From the NCBI GenBank assembly GCA_034439575.1, contig JAWXAQ010000016.1, forward strand, positions 32,001 to 96,000: a stretch of 64,000 nucleotides of DNA, written 5' to 3'. Source of the DNA: Leptospira sp. (lineage in GTDB: Bacteria > Spirochaetota > Leptospiria > Leptospirales > Leptospiraceae). Positions 1 to 9,985 of the stretch are shown here, piece by piece. Position 1 is the stretch's first letter, and every line of letters starts with the position of its first letter. The notes under the pieces were generated by a model. It did not search any database. It was not told the DNA's origin and worked only from the letters and a program-made list of their open reading frames with translations. The position numbers and the translations under genes are program-made.

Positions 1-411
1 ATGCAAGATAGCTTTTTAAGCTTTCACAAACACTACAGTTCTACTGGACTCTCAGAAGAGAAGTCCATCATGGTTCTGTACACCATTGCTAGAAATCTTT
101 CCATCAATTACGCTAAAAAGTTTTCAACAACCAGAGAGATTCACTCCGAAGACATTGAGCTTCATAGCCATAACCCTAGATTAGAAAAAGTTGCCGAATT
201 ACAAGATTTAGAAGAGAGACTTTATAGCTTCCTCAGTGAATTGAAAGAAGAAGAAAGAAGTGCTATTTTATTAAAAAATGTGGAAGGATTTCAACTTTCA
301 CAAATATCAGAAATTTTAAATGTATCTGTGTCAACTGCTTCGCGTTTGGTGATCAGAGCCACAGAAAAATTACAAACTATCGCGCTCAGAGAAGGACTTG
401 TTCCAGATTAA
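1..411 (+). CDS. ECF-type RNA polymerase sigma factor (5'-truncated by window)
   Basis: Region-4-like C-terminus (LSELKEEERSAILLKNVEGFQLSQISEILNVSVSTASRL); directly upstream of a FecR-domain gene. Confidence 0.8.
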   Translation: MQDSFLSFHKHYSSTGLSEEKSIMVLYTIARNLSINYAKKFSTTREIHSEDIELHSHNPRLEKVAELQDLEERLYSFLSELKEEERSAILLKNVEGFQLSQISEILNVSVSTASRLVIRATEKLQTIALREGLVPD

Positions 412-413
412 TT

Positions 414-1472
414 ATGAAACAAAATTATGATTCAAAATTAATTCTGAAATTGGAAGCTGCTCTTCGCAAAACGAGCGCTATTACAAATGCACAAAATTTC
501 CCAACATGGGAAGAATTGTCCACGCGTCAGATCAAACACCCTGAATTGTATGAAGTTCAGAAAAAACATAACAATCTTGTATTCTTCCCTTTCAGACCAA
601 AAACGGTCATCGCCACGGGATTGTTGGCTGCGGCATCACTCAGTATTGTATTTATTTTAAATCGCCATTCACTTTCGCAAAGCCATGAGTCAATTGCTAT
701 GCCAAGCGAAGCCTCTGTTCGCAGAGAAGTTATCGCTGAAGATCTGCTCGGGTTAGTTTCTCAAACAAAAGGTAAAAATTTTATATTTTCTAAAGAAAAT
801 GAAAGTGCAAAGGCAGCAGTACAAAAAGGAACTACAGTAAAATCGGGTGATCATTTGTTAGTCGGGAACGGCTCACAGCTCGATTTACAATTCCCGAATA
901 AGGCTTGGGTAAGAATTGGGCAAGGAACCGAAATAGAATTAGTCGATTCAAAAACTACTTCATATTCAACGAAGCAACTCATCCGCATCATCAAAGGAAA
1001 GGTCCTTGTGGCAATTGGTAAATTGCAAAAGGATTCGAGCTTTCAAATTGCCTCAGGTGATTTGGAAACTTCCGTCCGTGGTACGACCTTTAGCGTCAGC
1101 TTTGATGGAAAAAACTCTCAGTCAGTCGCTCTCCGAGATGGCTCACTCTCTATACAACAGAAAGGTGAAGTAGAGACCGTGCTCGAACCTGGCAAACGAT
1201 ATGAGCGAACCGAGAAGCAAACACCCACATTAACTACTCTGGATCCTAAAGACGACAAGGAACTAAAAGCCTTACAAACCCAAGTCACATTGACTAGAGA
1301 AGCATTACTCTATGAGACTTATTCTAGATTGGAACTTGTTCGGATGGAAGACGGAACGGAACATCGGGGCGTTATTCGTGGGCAGTCTGCAACTCACCTT
1401 CAGATCGAAACAGTAGATGGAAATTTAGAGATTCCCATAGGAAAAATTCTCGAAACAGAAAAAATCCGCTAA
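414..1472 (+). CDS. FecR-domain anti-sigma/sensor membrane protein
   Basis: One TM helix, then a FecR-like beta domain with VRGTTFSV motif; paired with the ECF sigma. Confidence 0.8.
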   Translation: MKQNYDSKLILKLEAALRKTSAITNAQNFPTWEELSTRQIKHPELYEVQKKHNNLVFFPFRPKTVIATGLLAAASLSIVFILNRHSLSQSHESIAMPSEASVRREVIAEDLLGLVSQTKGKNFIFSKENESAKAAVQKGTTVKSGDHLLVGNGSQLDLQFPNKAWVRIGQGTEIELVDSKTTSYSTKQLIRIIKGKVLVAIGKLQKDSSFQIASGDLETSVRGTTFSVSFDGKNSQSVALRDGSLSIQQKGEVETVLEPGKRYERTEKQTPTLTTLDPKDDKELKALQTQVTLTREALLYETYSRLELVRMEDGTEHRGVIRGQSATHLQIETVDGNLEIPIGKILETEKIR

Positions 1473-1545
1473 GGGTCAGAAGTTTTTTGACTTTTACAAT
1501 TTTTCTGTTAGAGTTTCCCTTACGAATAAGGGAGTTTCTGCATAA

Positions 1546-2091
1546 ATGTCCAACGACAATAAAAAAGCATTTCGCTTTAGGTACATCATCGATAAAGAGT
1601 TTCAGTTTAAGTTTTTATTACATTATTCTTTACTTTTTATATCCGGTGTGGCAGTAACTTTAGGATTCCTTTATTGGTTAAACCAATCCAAATATGATGG
1701 TGGTGCTGTGTTCAGATTGAGACAAGATGCACAGACAGTGTATTGGAAAGTTGATAACGAAGAGGCAAACGCTGGCGAAGAAAAAACAAAGTTTGTTCCT
1801 CGTGAAATTTACCTACCAAATTACGACCATCAGTTAAATATGTATACCATCCAGTTTAATGCAGTTGTCACCTTGTCTGCGTTATACTTGGCTTTAATTA
1901 CTGTTTTTTCAATTTTCAAATCTCACAAAATGGCGGGACCTGTTTTTAGCATCAAACGTTCGTTACAACGTATGGCTTCTGGTCAACCAATAGAAAAAAT
2001 TCGAATTCGAAAAGGGGATGAATTCCAAGAGCTTGTCGAAGTATTAAACGAAGTGATTCAAAAGCGCATAGCAGGTGAAGGAAACAAATAA
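1546..2091 (+). CDS. Two-TM membrane protein with C-terminal HAMP-like segment
   Basis: Two hydrophobic helices, then SHKMAGPVFSIKRSLQRMASG...RKGDEFQELVEVLN. Confidence 0.6.
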   Translation: MSNDNKKAFRFRYIIDKEFQFKFLLHYSLLFISGVAVTLGFLYWLNQSKYDGGAVFRLRQDAQTVYWKVDNEEANAGEEKTKFVPREIYLPNYDHQLNMYTIQFNAVVTLSALYLALITVFSIFKSHKMAGPVFSIKRSLQRMASGQPIEKIRIRKGDEFQELVEVLNEVIQKRIAGEGNK

Positions 2092-2146
2092 GTTTTAATT
2101 AACTAATTATAATTTTCTAATCCTACATATATGGATTGACTAGACA

Positions 2147-2175
2147 GCACCTTTTAATATTAAACTAAAGGGTGC
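2147..2175. terminator. Hairpin between convergent genes, probable terminator
   Basis: GCACCTTTTA-N9-TAAAGGGTGC inverted repeat immediately after the stop of the minus-strand gene at 2177. Confidence 0.45.
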
Positions 2176-2176
2176 G

Positions 2177-2371
2177 TTATCCATCAATCACTGTGAATTT
2201 CTCTAAAAATTCCGATTTTTCTCTGACAAAGATAAGGTCTTCGAAGGTATAAAGGATCATTCTTTGACCATCATTTTCTCCATTCGTACAATTTTTTGCC
2301 TCACCTATCACCCGATATATGTTTCCTGTTTTATTGTGTTTTGCTAATTTTTCTTTGAGCATAATTGGCAC
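2177..2371 (-). CDS. DUF1653-like small protein
   Basis: HNKTGNIYRVIGEA...ILY...IFVREKSEFLEKF pattern. Confidence 0.65.
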   Translation of the reverse strand: MPIMLKEKLAKHNKTGNIYRVIGEAKNCTNGENDGQRMILYTFEDLIFVREKSEFLEKFTVIDG

Positions 2372-2373
2372 CT

Positions 2374-3018
2374 TTAAGTTAAAAGTCCGACACCCATTTG
2401 TTGTAGAAGTTGGATGAAAAGTTCTTCATCTGTTTTTTTCAATCCTGACTGTTTTTGTTTTGTGTCTATTCCCTTCAAACGTCCATCCTGAACTAACATC
2501 ACATAACCATGAGTAAATGACCAAATTAGATAAGCCATTTCTTTGGGGTCTCCTTTTTTTATGATTCCCTTAGATTGTAATATCATCACTGCGGATAATA
2601 AAACTTCAAAAGATTCAAGGCCCGCTTTTTCACAAGCTGGGTATAAAGTTATGTCTTCAATGTTATTCGAAAACATAAGTCTATAAATTTCAGGATTTTC
2701 ATTTGCAAAACGCAAATATGATACTCCCATTGAAATAAACGATTCTTTAGGATGAATTTCTATACCATTTCTACCTTCGAGTAACGCGATTTTAAATTGT
2801 GTAAAACCGATTTCTATAAGACTTGCGAGTAGTATCTCTTTTTTGGCAAAATGTTTGTTTGGTGCAGAGTGAGTCACACCTAACTTTTTGGCAATTTCTC
2901 GTAAACTTAGCGACTCTACTCCTTTTTTTTTAATCCAAACCATAGATTCATTTAGAATCGCTTCTCGCAAATTCCCATGATGATAGCCTTTTCTTGGTTT
3001 ACGCCTCTCTAAGATCAT
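2374..3018 (-). CDS. TetR/AcrR family transcriptional regulator (WHG-type C-terminus)
   Basis: YHHGNLREAIL...GVESLSLREIAKKLGVTHSAPNKHF HTH and WSFTHG motif; start placed at ATG 3018 because the 3087 ATG lies inside the operator. Confidence 0.9.
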   Translation of the reverse strand: MILERRKPRKGYHHGNLREAILNESMVWIKKKGVESLSLREIAKKLGVTHSAPNKHFAKKEILLASLIEIGFTQFKIALLEGRNGIEIHPKESFISMGVSYLRFANENPEIYRLMFSNNIEDITLYPACEKAGLESFEVLLSAVMILQSKGIIKKGDPKEMAYLIWSFTHGYVMLVQDGRLKGIDTKQKQSGLKKTDEELFIQLLQQMGVGLLT

Positions 3019-3079
3019 GTGTTCAGGAAAAACTAAATATAGATATTGTCTACTTTTTTCTATTGACATTCGTTGCGAT

Positions 3080-3115
3080 GTAGCCATGGTCTACTTTATT
3101 GTAGTCGATGTCTAC
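3080..3115. promoter_or_regulatory. Tandem TetR-type operators (GTAGnC-N3-GTCTAC)
   Basis: GTAGCCATGGTCTAC at 3080-3094 and GTAGTCGATGTCTAC at 3101-3115, downstream of TTGACA at 3063-3068, in the divergent tetR/efflux gap. Confidence 0.7.
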
Positions 3116-3128
3116 ATATGGAGTAAAA

Positions 3129-3740
3129 ATGTTAAGTTTAAAAAATACGCCTTTATTATTGTTTTTATTAATTTTCGATTCATTCTGCAATCAATCTCAG
3201 GATTTAGAAAGCCCTGTTTTATTAACAAAGGGAGTTCAAATTGAACAATCTTTTCCAATTAAAGAAATATTTATCCGTGGTAGGGTTGTTCGACAGTCAA
3301 AAAAAAATCTCTATTCTTTAGCATTTGATTCCAATTACACAGAACAAATATTAAAATATAAACCTAGTAAAATTCAAGTTAAACTCCCATATAACAATTC
3401 GCCAACATTTTTAGTGAATCTGAATTATATAAACAATGAGATTAAAAACAATTTTAATTTTCCTAAGGGCTGGATTGATTCTTCAGACTTGGAAGCTTAT
3501 TTTTATATAAACAATTCGCAAGGGTGGAATGTTCCTTTTGATTCCATCTACTCTCCATTTGGTGATGAGAAGTATATAATCAAATTAGTCGACGGCAAAG
3601 CTTTAAGAATACCAATAAATATTATTCGCCTATACAAAAATTCTGTAGTTATTTCCGGGAATATAGAAATGGGAGATATTTTAATAAATTCTAGGTTAGG
3701 TGAAATTGTGGATGGTATGAAAATTAAGGTAAAATTATGA
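3129..3740 (+). CDS. Truncated RND periplasmic adaptor (MFP)-like lipoprotein
   Basis: C-terminus VPFDSIY...KYIIKLVDGKALRIPI...GNIEMGDILI...IVDGMKIKV matches the MFP membrane-proximal pattern; GGAG RBS before ATG 3129; overlaps the RND start. Confidence 0.55.
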   Translation: MLSLKNTPLLLFLLIFDSFCNQSQDLESPVLLTKGVQIEQSFPIKEIFIRGRVVRQSKKNLYSLAFDSNYTEQILKYKPSKIQVKLPYNNSPTFLVNLNYINNEIKNNFNFPKGWIDSSDLEAYFYINNSQGWNVPFDSIYSPFGDEKYIIKLVDGKALRIPINIIRLYKNSVVISGNIEMGDILINSRLGEIVDGMKIKVKL

Positions 3741-6700
3741 AATTTGCAAATTTTATCTTAGAACGAAGAAGTCTGATTTTTACAATATTTGCGTTTTTTC
3801 TAATGCTCGGAATTTTAGAATTCATTGTTATGCCAAGGGAAGAAGACCCTAGGTTAAAAGAAAGATTTGGGGTTTTGAAAATAATTTATCCAGGCGCTTC
3901 TTTAGAGAATATGAAGCGCTTTGTAACTCTTCCGACAGAAGAGGTTTTAGCTGAAATTCCATCCATTAGAACATTAGAAATTCGTATTAGACCTGAAGTG
4001 ATGATCGCAGAAATCAGACTGCAAGATAGTCTGGGGAGCGAACAAGAGATAAATGATGCTTGGAAAAGAATTGAAGATGCGATAAAAAAGGCCGAATCAA
4101 AATATCCAATTGGTTTACAACCTTGGGATCTAAATCGAAGAGTGACTGAACAAGAAGCAATTTTGATAGCATTAACAGGATCCGATGATATTCTATATTT
4201 AAAGCATGAAATTGATACTTTGCGAAGTAGATTATTGCAAATTCAGAATGTGGCAAAAATAAATCGATTAGGCGATCCCGAAGAAGAAATTGAAATTTTT
4301 ATTCCAAAACAAACCTTAGAAGAGAAAGGGATATCAATTGGATTTTTTTCTAATTGGGTATCGACAGCTAACCATAGTATACCGCCAGGCGCGATGCCAT
4401 TAGATGGCAAAAAAGTTATAGTAAAAACAGACGGATGGTTCAATGATATCGAATCCATTTCTCGCTTAAGTATACCCTTACCAGGTGGTGAGTTAAAAAG
4501 TATTGGTGAAATTGGAGAAGTACATAAATTACCAAAATACCCTGTAGCGGAAATTATGCGCTCTCGTGGTCTCCCTGCAGTTGGTTTAGGAATCGTCGCT
4601 AAGCAAAATATCAACTTGATTCAATTCGGTAGGGATATTGAAGAGGAAGTGAACCAATGGCAAAAAACAAATCCAAACCTCAAAGTTGAAATAATCAATT
4701 CACAACCCAAATATGTTGCCAACCGTTTGTCTGATCTCGGATGGAATTTATTAACGGGTATTTTCATAGTCGCTTTAGTTTTAGTAAGTATGATGGGTTT
4801 TCGGATTGGAATTCTTTCCGCTATCATAGTCCCAGTCATTGCAATTATAAGTTTAGGCATTTTTGGTATGTTTGGTGGCGTTCTTCACCAAATTTCTATT
4901 GCTGCATTTGTTATGGCACTTGGATTATTGATTGATAATGTGATTGTCATATTAGAAAGCGTTCAAGAAAAAATAGATTCTGGATTAGAAATTATTGCTT
5001 CAGTTAAAGATACAATTTCAAGCCTAGCATTTCCTTTGTTAAGTGCTACTGGAACAACACTGGCATCTTTTATCCCACTTCTTGGTTCAAGTGGAAATTC
5101 TGCTGATTTCACTCGAGCGATTCCCATTATAAATATGCTGACTCTTTCTATTAGTTTTTTATTTGCCTTGTTTGTAACACCTCTACTTGGAAAGGCGTTT
5201 CTTAAGCCAAAGGTACATATTAAAGAAACATTTTATGAAAGAGTTTCTGAACGCATTGGAAAATCTATACCCGAATATCATAAATTAATTCTGCTTGTTT
5301 CAACATTTTTGTTTTTAATAGCAATGGCAGGATTTCGCTTTTTACCAAAGAAATTCTTTCCTGATGCAGATAGAGACCAGCTTATTTTAGATCTGAGAAT
5401 GCCGGAAGGTACAGACATTAATAAAACGGATGAAGTCGCTAAAGAAATTGAATCTTGGTTACGTAATGACAATAGACTTAAGTCAGTGATTGTTTTTGTA
5501 GGGCGAAGTGTTCCGCTTTTTTATTATAATTTAAATCAATCACCTAATAGTCCTCATATAGCACAATTTATTTTAAACCTTAAGGACATTAAAGATAAGG
5601 ATTCTTTTAAACAAAATTTTCAAAATATAATTGATGAAAAACTAATTTATGGAAATGCAATTTTACAAGAACTGAAACAAGGTCCACCTGTCAAAGCGCC
5701 TATTGAGGTTAGGCTATACAGTGAGAGTAAAGAAGACTTATTCAAATCCCATCAATTATTATTAAAAACTATATACCAAGTTCCAGGATTAAAAGATATC
5801 CGGTCAGATTTAGGCATAGGCTCACCAGTATTAAATTGGGAAAGTGATGATGCGTCACTTTCAAGGTATCGGGCATCGCGTTCCGATGTAACTTTGTCTA
5901 TACTGTCTCAGACGAGAGGAATACCTATTGGATATTATAGAGCTGGAGAAAGGCCCATACCTATAATTTTTAGGACGCTTGAAAAAGAACTGATTTCACC
6001 TAACAAAATCTCTGAGAGTCCGCTTTTGTCTACTCGCACAGAAATTCTAAAATTATCTTCCGTATCTCATCTAAGCTTAAATTGGGAACCTGCAATATTA
6101 TATAGAAGGAATCGAGAAACAGCAATTAATTACTACGCTGAAGTTAACAAAGAATTAACTGCAGATAAAGCTACCCTAATTATAAGAAAAAAATTGGAAC
6201 TAGAAAAATTTCCTAAGTCTGTTCGGTGGGAATTTGGTGGAGAACAAGCAGAATCAGGGAGTGCCAATCAATCTCTAATTGCAGTAGCACCCTTAGGAAT
6301 TATGATTCTTATTTCGTTTTTACTTCTTGAATTTGGAAGTTGGAAAAAAACGGGAATTATTTTGCTTACAGTTCCTTTATCAATGATTGGTGTAGTCCCT
6401 GGATTATTTTTATCAAGTCAAAGTTTCGGTTTTTTGTCTCTACTCGGAATATTCGCATTAGTTGGAATTGTAGTTAATAATGGGATCCTGATTTTAGATT
6501 ATATTGGAAAAGCTACTTCTAGAGGAGAACCCATTGAGACTGCGATACAATATTCACTTTCTAAGAGAATACGACCAATTTTACTCACTACTTTAACAAC
6601 GATTGCAGGTTTGATACCATTAGCATTTACAGATGCTACATTATGGCCTCCATTTGCATGGACGATGATTGCGGGATTACTTGTTTCCACATTTTTAACG

Positions 6701-8068
6701 TTATTTGTGATACCCGCAGCTACGTATTTAGCATACGTTGATAAATCAAAGCAACAAACAAAAGTTAATATATTTAATTTAGGTAATATTCGTAAATTGA
6801 TCTCTTTTATTTTTTTAGGAAGTTTGTTTTCATTTGCAGTATTAGATGTTCATGCAGATCCATTAATTTTGAACTGGAAGGACATTGTCAAAAAAGCCGA
6901 AGAATCGCCTCGTGTCAAAATTGCATGGGAAGAATGGAAAAGAAAGAATTTAGAAAAAGAAAAATTTGAACGTGCCGTCTATTATCCAAAACTCGGATTG
7001 TCAGTTGAACATATTGATAGAAATAAAACTCTTTTTCCAAACGCATCTATTCCAGTTGTCGCCGGAGTTAACCCAAGTTATTGGACTGGGGGAGTGGAAT
7101 TACAACAGACATTATTTGATCCTTCAAATTGGTTTGCTATTTCAAAAGTATTAGATTATTCGGAAGAAGCTCAAAGATTATTGTCTTATCGGGCAAAGGA
7201 AACTTCACAATCAGAAGCATTGATATCATTCGTAATGATCCATCGAATCAAGATTAAAAAAAATAATTTAACAGAATTAAAACAATCCTTGAGCATTCGG
7301 TTTGCCGAGTTAAAAAGACTCTATGCACTAGGTCAGGTGACTGAGAGCGAATTATTTCGCATTGAACAAGCGATAAACCAAGCGAAAATTTCTTTAGAGG
7401 AGTTAGAGGAAAAAGAGAAAATATCTATCTTAGTTTTAAAACGAAATCTTGGAATTGATGATGATATAAACATTGGAATTCTACCTAAAGAAGAAGAATT
7501 AAATATCATAATTAAAGAAGAAGATAAACCAGAGCGATTGGAATTAATGGCGATTCGAAATAAGCTCTTGGCACTGCAAGAAAAGAAAAAATCAATCGAA
7601 TATGAAGCATTACCTAAGTTAGTTGCCAAAGGTAGCTACATATACTTAAACAACAATCAATTTAACACAGATAATTGGGCTCAGTTATCACTCGGAGTAA
7701 GTATGAATCCATTCGATGGAGGAGTTCGAAAAATTAGAGAAGAAGAAACCGAATCTGAAATTCGTACTGCCAAAGAGGAATTCAATGATCTAATTCGCGC
7801 TTTGACTTTAGAAAAAGAAGATTCATTAACCCAAGTTAAAGTAAAAAAAAATGAAGTCCAAGTTCGTCAAATGAATGTATCCAAAGCACGCTTGGCATCG
7901 CGCAAAGAATATGAAAGGGTAAAGACTGGCAGATCAAATATCAATTCATGGATTGATGCTGAAATTCTTTTTTCAGAAGAGAATGATAGGTTCGAAATGA
8001 GTAAAATCGATTTATTGGAGCGAATGATTCGTTATCGAAATGTGATCGGTGTAAGATACGATACTTAA
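3737..8068 (+). CDS. AcrB-family RND permease fused to a TolC-family outer-membrane factor
   Basis: RND motifs MPREEDP, GLLIDNVIVILE, FFPDADRDQ, GIVVNNGILIL, RIRPILLTTLTT over about 1000 aa; last about 400 aa TolC-like (YYPKLGLS, LPKLVAKGSY, MNPFDGG). Confidence 0.9.
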   Translation: MKFANFILERRSLIFTIFAFFLMLGILEFIVMPREEDPRLKERFGVLKIIYPGASLENMKRFVTLPTEEVLAEIPSIRTLEIRIRPEVMIAEIRLQDSLGSEQEINDAWKRIEDAIKKAESKYPIGLQPWDLNRRVTEQEAILIALTGSDDILYLKHEIDTLRSRLLQIQNVAKINRLGDPEEEIEIFIPKQTLEEKGISIGFFSNWVSTANHSIPPGAMPLDGKKVIVKTDGWFNDIESISRLSIPLPGGELKSIGEIGEVHKLPKYPVAEIMRSRGLPAVGLGIVAKQNINLIQFGRDIEEEVNQWQKTNPNLKVEIINSQPKYVANRLSDLGWNLLTGIFIVALVLVSMMGFRIGILSAIIVPVIAIISLGIFGMFGGVLHQISIAAFVMALGLLIDNVIVILESVQEKIDSGLEIIASVKDTISSLAFPLLSATGTTLASFIPLLGSSGNSADFTRAIPIINMLTLSISFLFALFVTPLLGKAFLKPKVHIKETFYERVSERIGKSIPEYHKLILLVSTFLFLIAMAGFRFLPKKFFPDADRDQLILDLRMPEGTDINKTDEVAKEIESWLRNDNRLKSVIVFVGRSVPLFYYNLNQSPNSPHIAQFILNLKDIKDKDSFKQNFQNIIDEKLIYGNAILQELKQGPPVKAPIEVRLYSESKEDLFKSHQLLLKTIYQVPGLKDIRSDLGIGSPVLNWESDDASLSRYRASRSDVTLSILSQTRGIPIGYYRAGERPIPIIFRTLEKELISPNKISESPLLSTRTEILKLSSVSHLSLNWEPAILYRRNRETAINYYAEVNKELTADKATLIIRKKLELEKFPKSVRWEFGGEQAESGSANQSLIAVAPLGIMILISFLLLEFGSWKKTGIILLTVPLSMIGVVPGLFLSSQSFGFLSLLGIFALVGIVVNNGILILDYIGKATSRGEPIETAIQYSLSKRIRPILLTTLTTIAGLIPLAFTDATLWPPFAWTMIAGLLVSTFLTLFVIPAATYLAYVDKSKQQTKVNIFNLGNIRKLISFIFLGSLFSFAVLDVHADPLILNWKDIVKKAEESPRVKIAWEEWKRKNLEKEKFERAVYYPKLGLSVEHIDRNKTLFPNASIPVVAGVNPSYWTGGVELQQTLFDPSNWFAISKVLDYSEEAQRLLSYRAKETSQSEALISFVMIHRIKIKKNNLTELKQSLSIRFAELKRLYALGQVTESELFRIEQAINQAKISLEELEEKEKISILVLKRNLGIDDDINIGILPKEEELNIIIKEEDKPERLELMAIRNKLLALQEKKKSIEYEALPKLVAKGSYIYLNNNQFNTDNWAQLSLGVSMNPFDGGVRKIREEETESEIRTAKEEFNDLIRALTLEKEDSLTQVKVKKNEVQVRQMNVSKARLASRKEYERVKTGRSNINSWIDAEILFSEENDRFEMSKIDLLERMIRYRNVIGVRYDT

Positions 8069-8108
8069 GCATAAAAAAAAATTGACATAGAAAAGATAAT
8101 GTTCAAAA

Positions 8109-8141
8109 GTAGGCACTATCTACATAGTAGACAGAGACTAC
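8109..8141. promoter_or_regulatory. Second pair of tandem TetR-type operators
   Basis: GTAGGCACTATCTAC at 8109-8123 and GTAGACAGAGACTAC at 8127-8141, after TTGACA at 8082-8087; same consensus as 3080-3115. Confidence 0.7.
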
Positions 8142-8157
8142 ATAAGAGGAATTAAAC

Positions 8158-8589
8158 ATGAATACAAATATTAAAACTATCATATTGAGCATTTTTTTGG
8201 CTCAATCCCAACTATATGCTATTGATTTGGATGTGGAAATTCAAAATAGAAAATCAAATTCTTCAAGAATCAGTTGCGGACTTTTTGAATCTCCGAATGG
8301 ATTTCCATCTGATTCCGAAAAAAGATTAATGGGAACGATTGCAGAAGTTGGATCAAATCAAACACCAGTTTGTCGCTTTAAGGGATTGGTAGCAAAGAAA
8401 TATGCTGTCGCTGTTTTAGAAGATCTAAATGGAAACGGAACGATGGATAAAACATTGATCGGTTTCCCAAAGGAGCCATGGGGAGTATCAAATAACGCGC
8501 CAATGCATACATTCGGACCACCCACTTTTGAAGAAGCTAATTTTCCACTAACAAAGAATATGTTAATACAAATTAAACTAAACCAGTAA
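8158..8589 (+). CDS. DUF2141 family exported protein
   Basis: Signal peptide; YAVAVLEDLNGNGTMDKTLIGFPKEPWGVSNNA...GPPTFEEA. Confidence 0.85.
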   Translation: MNTNIKTIILSIFLAQSQLYAIDLDVEIQNRKSNSSRISCGLFESPNGFPSDSEKRLMGTIAEVGSNQTPVCRFKGLVAKKYAVAVLEDLNGNGTMDKTLIGFPKEPWGVSNNAPMHTFGPPTFEEANFPLTKNMLIQIKLNQ

Positions 8590-8594
8590 ATACT

Positions 8595-9383
8595 ATGAAA
8601 CACTTAAAAAAATACAATCAATGGGCTTTGGTAACGGGTGCTAGTGAAGGAATTGGAAAGGATTTTGCAAAGGAACTAGCAAAGCAAGGTTTCTCATTAT
8701 ATCTAGTTGCACGAGGAAATGAAAAATTAGAAATGATTCGTGATGAAATTAAATCGCTGTATGGTTGTACTATTAAAATTGATTCCAAAGACTTAAGTGA
8801 TTCTAATTCCATAGAGGATTTATTTAAGAACACTAAAGATTTAAATTTTGGTTTGATAGTTCTTGCTGCTGGTTTTGGTTCCGGCGGGTCATTTGTAACA
8901 TTGGACGTTCAAAATGAATTAAATATGGTAGACTTGAATTGTCGAAGTGTTGTTCAAATGAGTCATCATTATATCAAGAATGCCTTAGGAAAAAAGGAAT
9001 TAGGTGTAATTCTTTTTGGTTCACTTGTTGGATTCCAAGGAGTTCCTTGGACATCAACATATGCTGCGACGAAAGCCTTTGTACAAAGTTTTGCTGAAGG
9101 TCTTTATGGCGAGTATAAGGGTAAAGGAATTGATATTCTTTCTGTAGCACCTGGCCCCGTCAAATCAGGATTTGGTGGAAGGGCAAGTATGAAAATGGGA
9201 ATGTCGCAATCACCAAATGGAATTGCAAAAAAATCCTTATCTGCACTCGGAAATACCGCAACGATTCGGCCAGGATTTCTTTCCAAGTTTTTAGGTTACT
9301 TCCTGGCTACGGCTCCCAGGAGAATGAGATCGTTTATATTAAAACAAATCATGTCGTCTATGGTATTTGCAGGTAAAAAATGA
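8595..9383 (+). CDS. SDR family oxidoreductase (3-ketoacyl-CoA reductase-like)
   Basis: TGASEGIG cofactor motif and YAATK catalytic motif. Confidence 0.9.
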   Translation: MKHLKKYNQWALVTGASEGIGKDFAKELAKQGFSLYLVARGNEKLEMIRDEIKSLYGCTIKIDSKDLSDSNSIEDLFKNTKDLNFGLIVLAAGFGSGGSFVTLDVQNELNMVDLNCRSVVQMSHHYIKNALGKKELGVILFGSLVGFQGVPWTSTYAATKAFVQSFAEGLYGEYKGKGIDILSVAPGPVKSGFGGRASMKMGMSQSPNGIAKKSLSALGNTATIRPGFLSKFLGYFLATAPRRMRSFILKQIMSSMVFAGKK

Positions 9384-9853
9384 GGATATTTTCATTTATG
9401 ATCTTCTTTTCTATGTTTCAATGGATTTTAAATTGTGCGATCTCTTCACCTTTTCAAAAGAGTTCCAAAATTGCCCAGTATAACCTAACACCTGATTCTA
9501 TAGTAACTGTTGCTCTCACTGAAGTGGATATTTATGGTTCATATTCGGACAAGTCTACTTTTTGGGATCGAGTATCATCTGTTAGAAGTAGCCTTGAGGA
9601 AAATGATGGCTATTTAGCTTCTGCTATTCGCAAAGAAATTTTTGGTTCCCGAGCATGGACTATGACAATATGGAAAAATGATGAAGCATTAGAACAATTT
9701 ATATATTCAAGAGCGCATGAGCGTGCCATGAAGGATGGTGCGCCGGCGGTAAAGAATTCTAAGTTTTATAGGTCACAAAGAACTTGGAAGGAATTACCAA
9801 TGGCTTGGGAAGTAGTAGAGAAATTGATTTACGAAGAAGGAAGAATGGAATGA
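9380..9853 (+). CDS. DUF3291/ABM-like dimeric alpha-beta barrel lipoprotein
   Basis: AWTMTIWKNDEALEQFIYSRAHERAM motif; N-terminal Cys after a hydrophobic leader. Confidence 0.6.
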   Translation: MRIFSFMIFFSMFQWILNCAISSPFQKSSKIAQYNLTPDSIVTVALTEVDIYGSYSDKSTFWDRVSSVRSSLEENDGYLASAIRKEIFGSRAWTMTIWKNDEALEQFIYSRAHERAMKDGAPAVKNSKFYRSQRTWKELPMAWEVVEKLIYEEGRME

Positions 9854-9985
9854 TTTTTCGATTAATTTATATCAAATATTTCAGTTTATAAAAATAATTA
9901 TTTAAGTAAAAAAATTATTCTTCTCGGGCAATTCGTAGAGAGCCTCTAAGTTTGACTTTCTACAGGCCGTCTTACGATAGGACTA

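Noticed and set aside
3017-7629. Short alternative-frame and antisense ORFs over tetR and the RND gene
   Set aside because: They lie within well-supported genes, with no motifs or RBS; shadow ORFs
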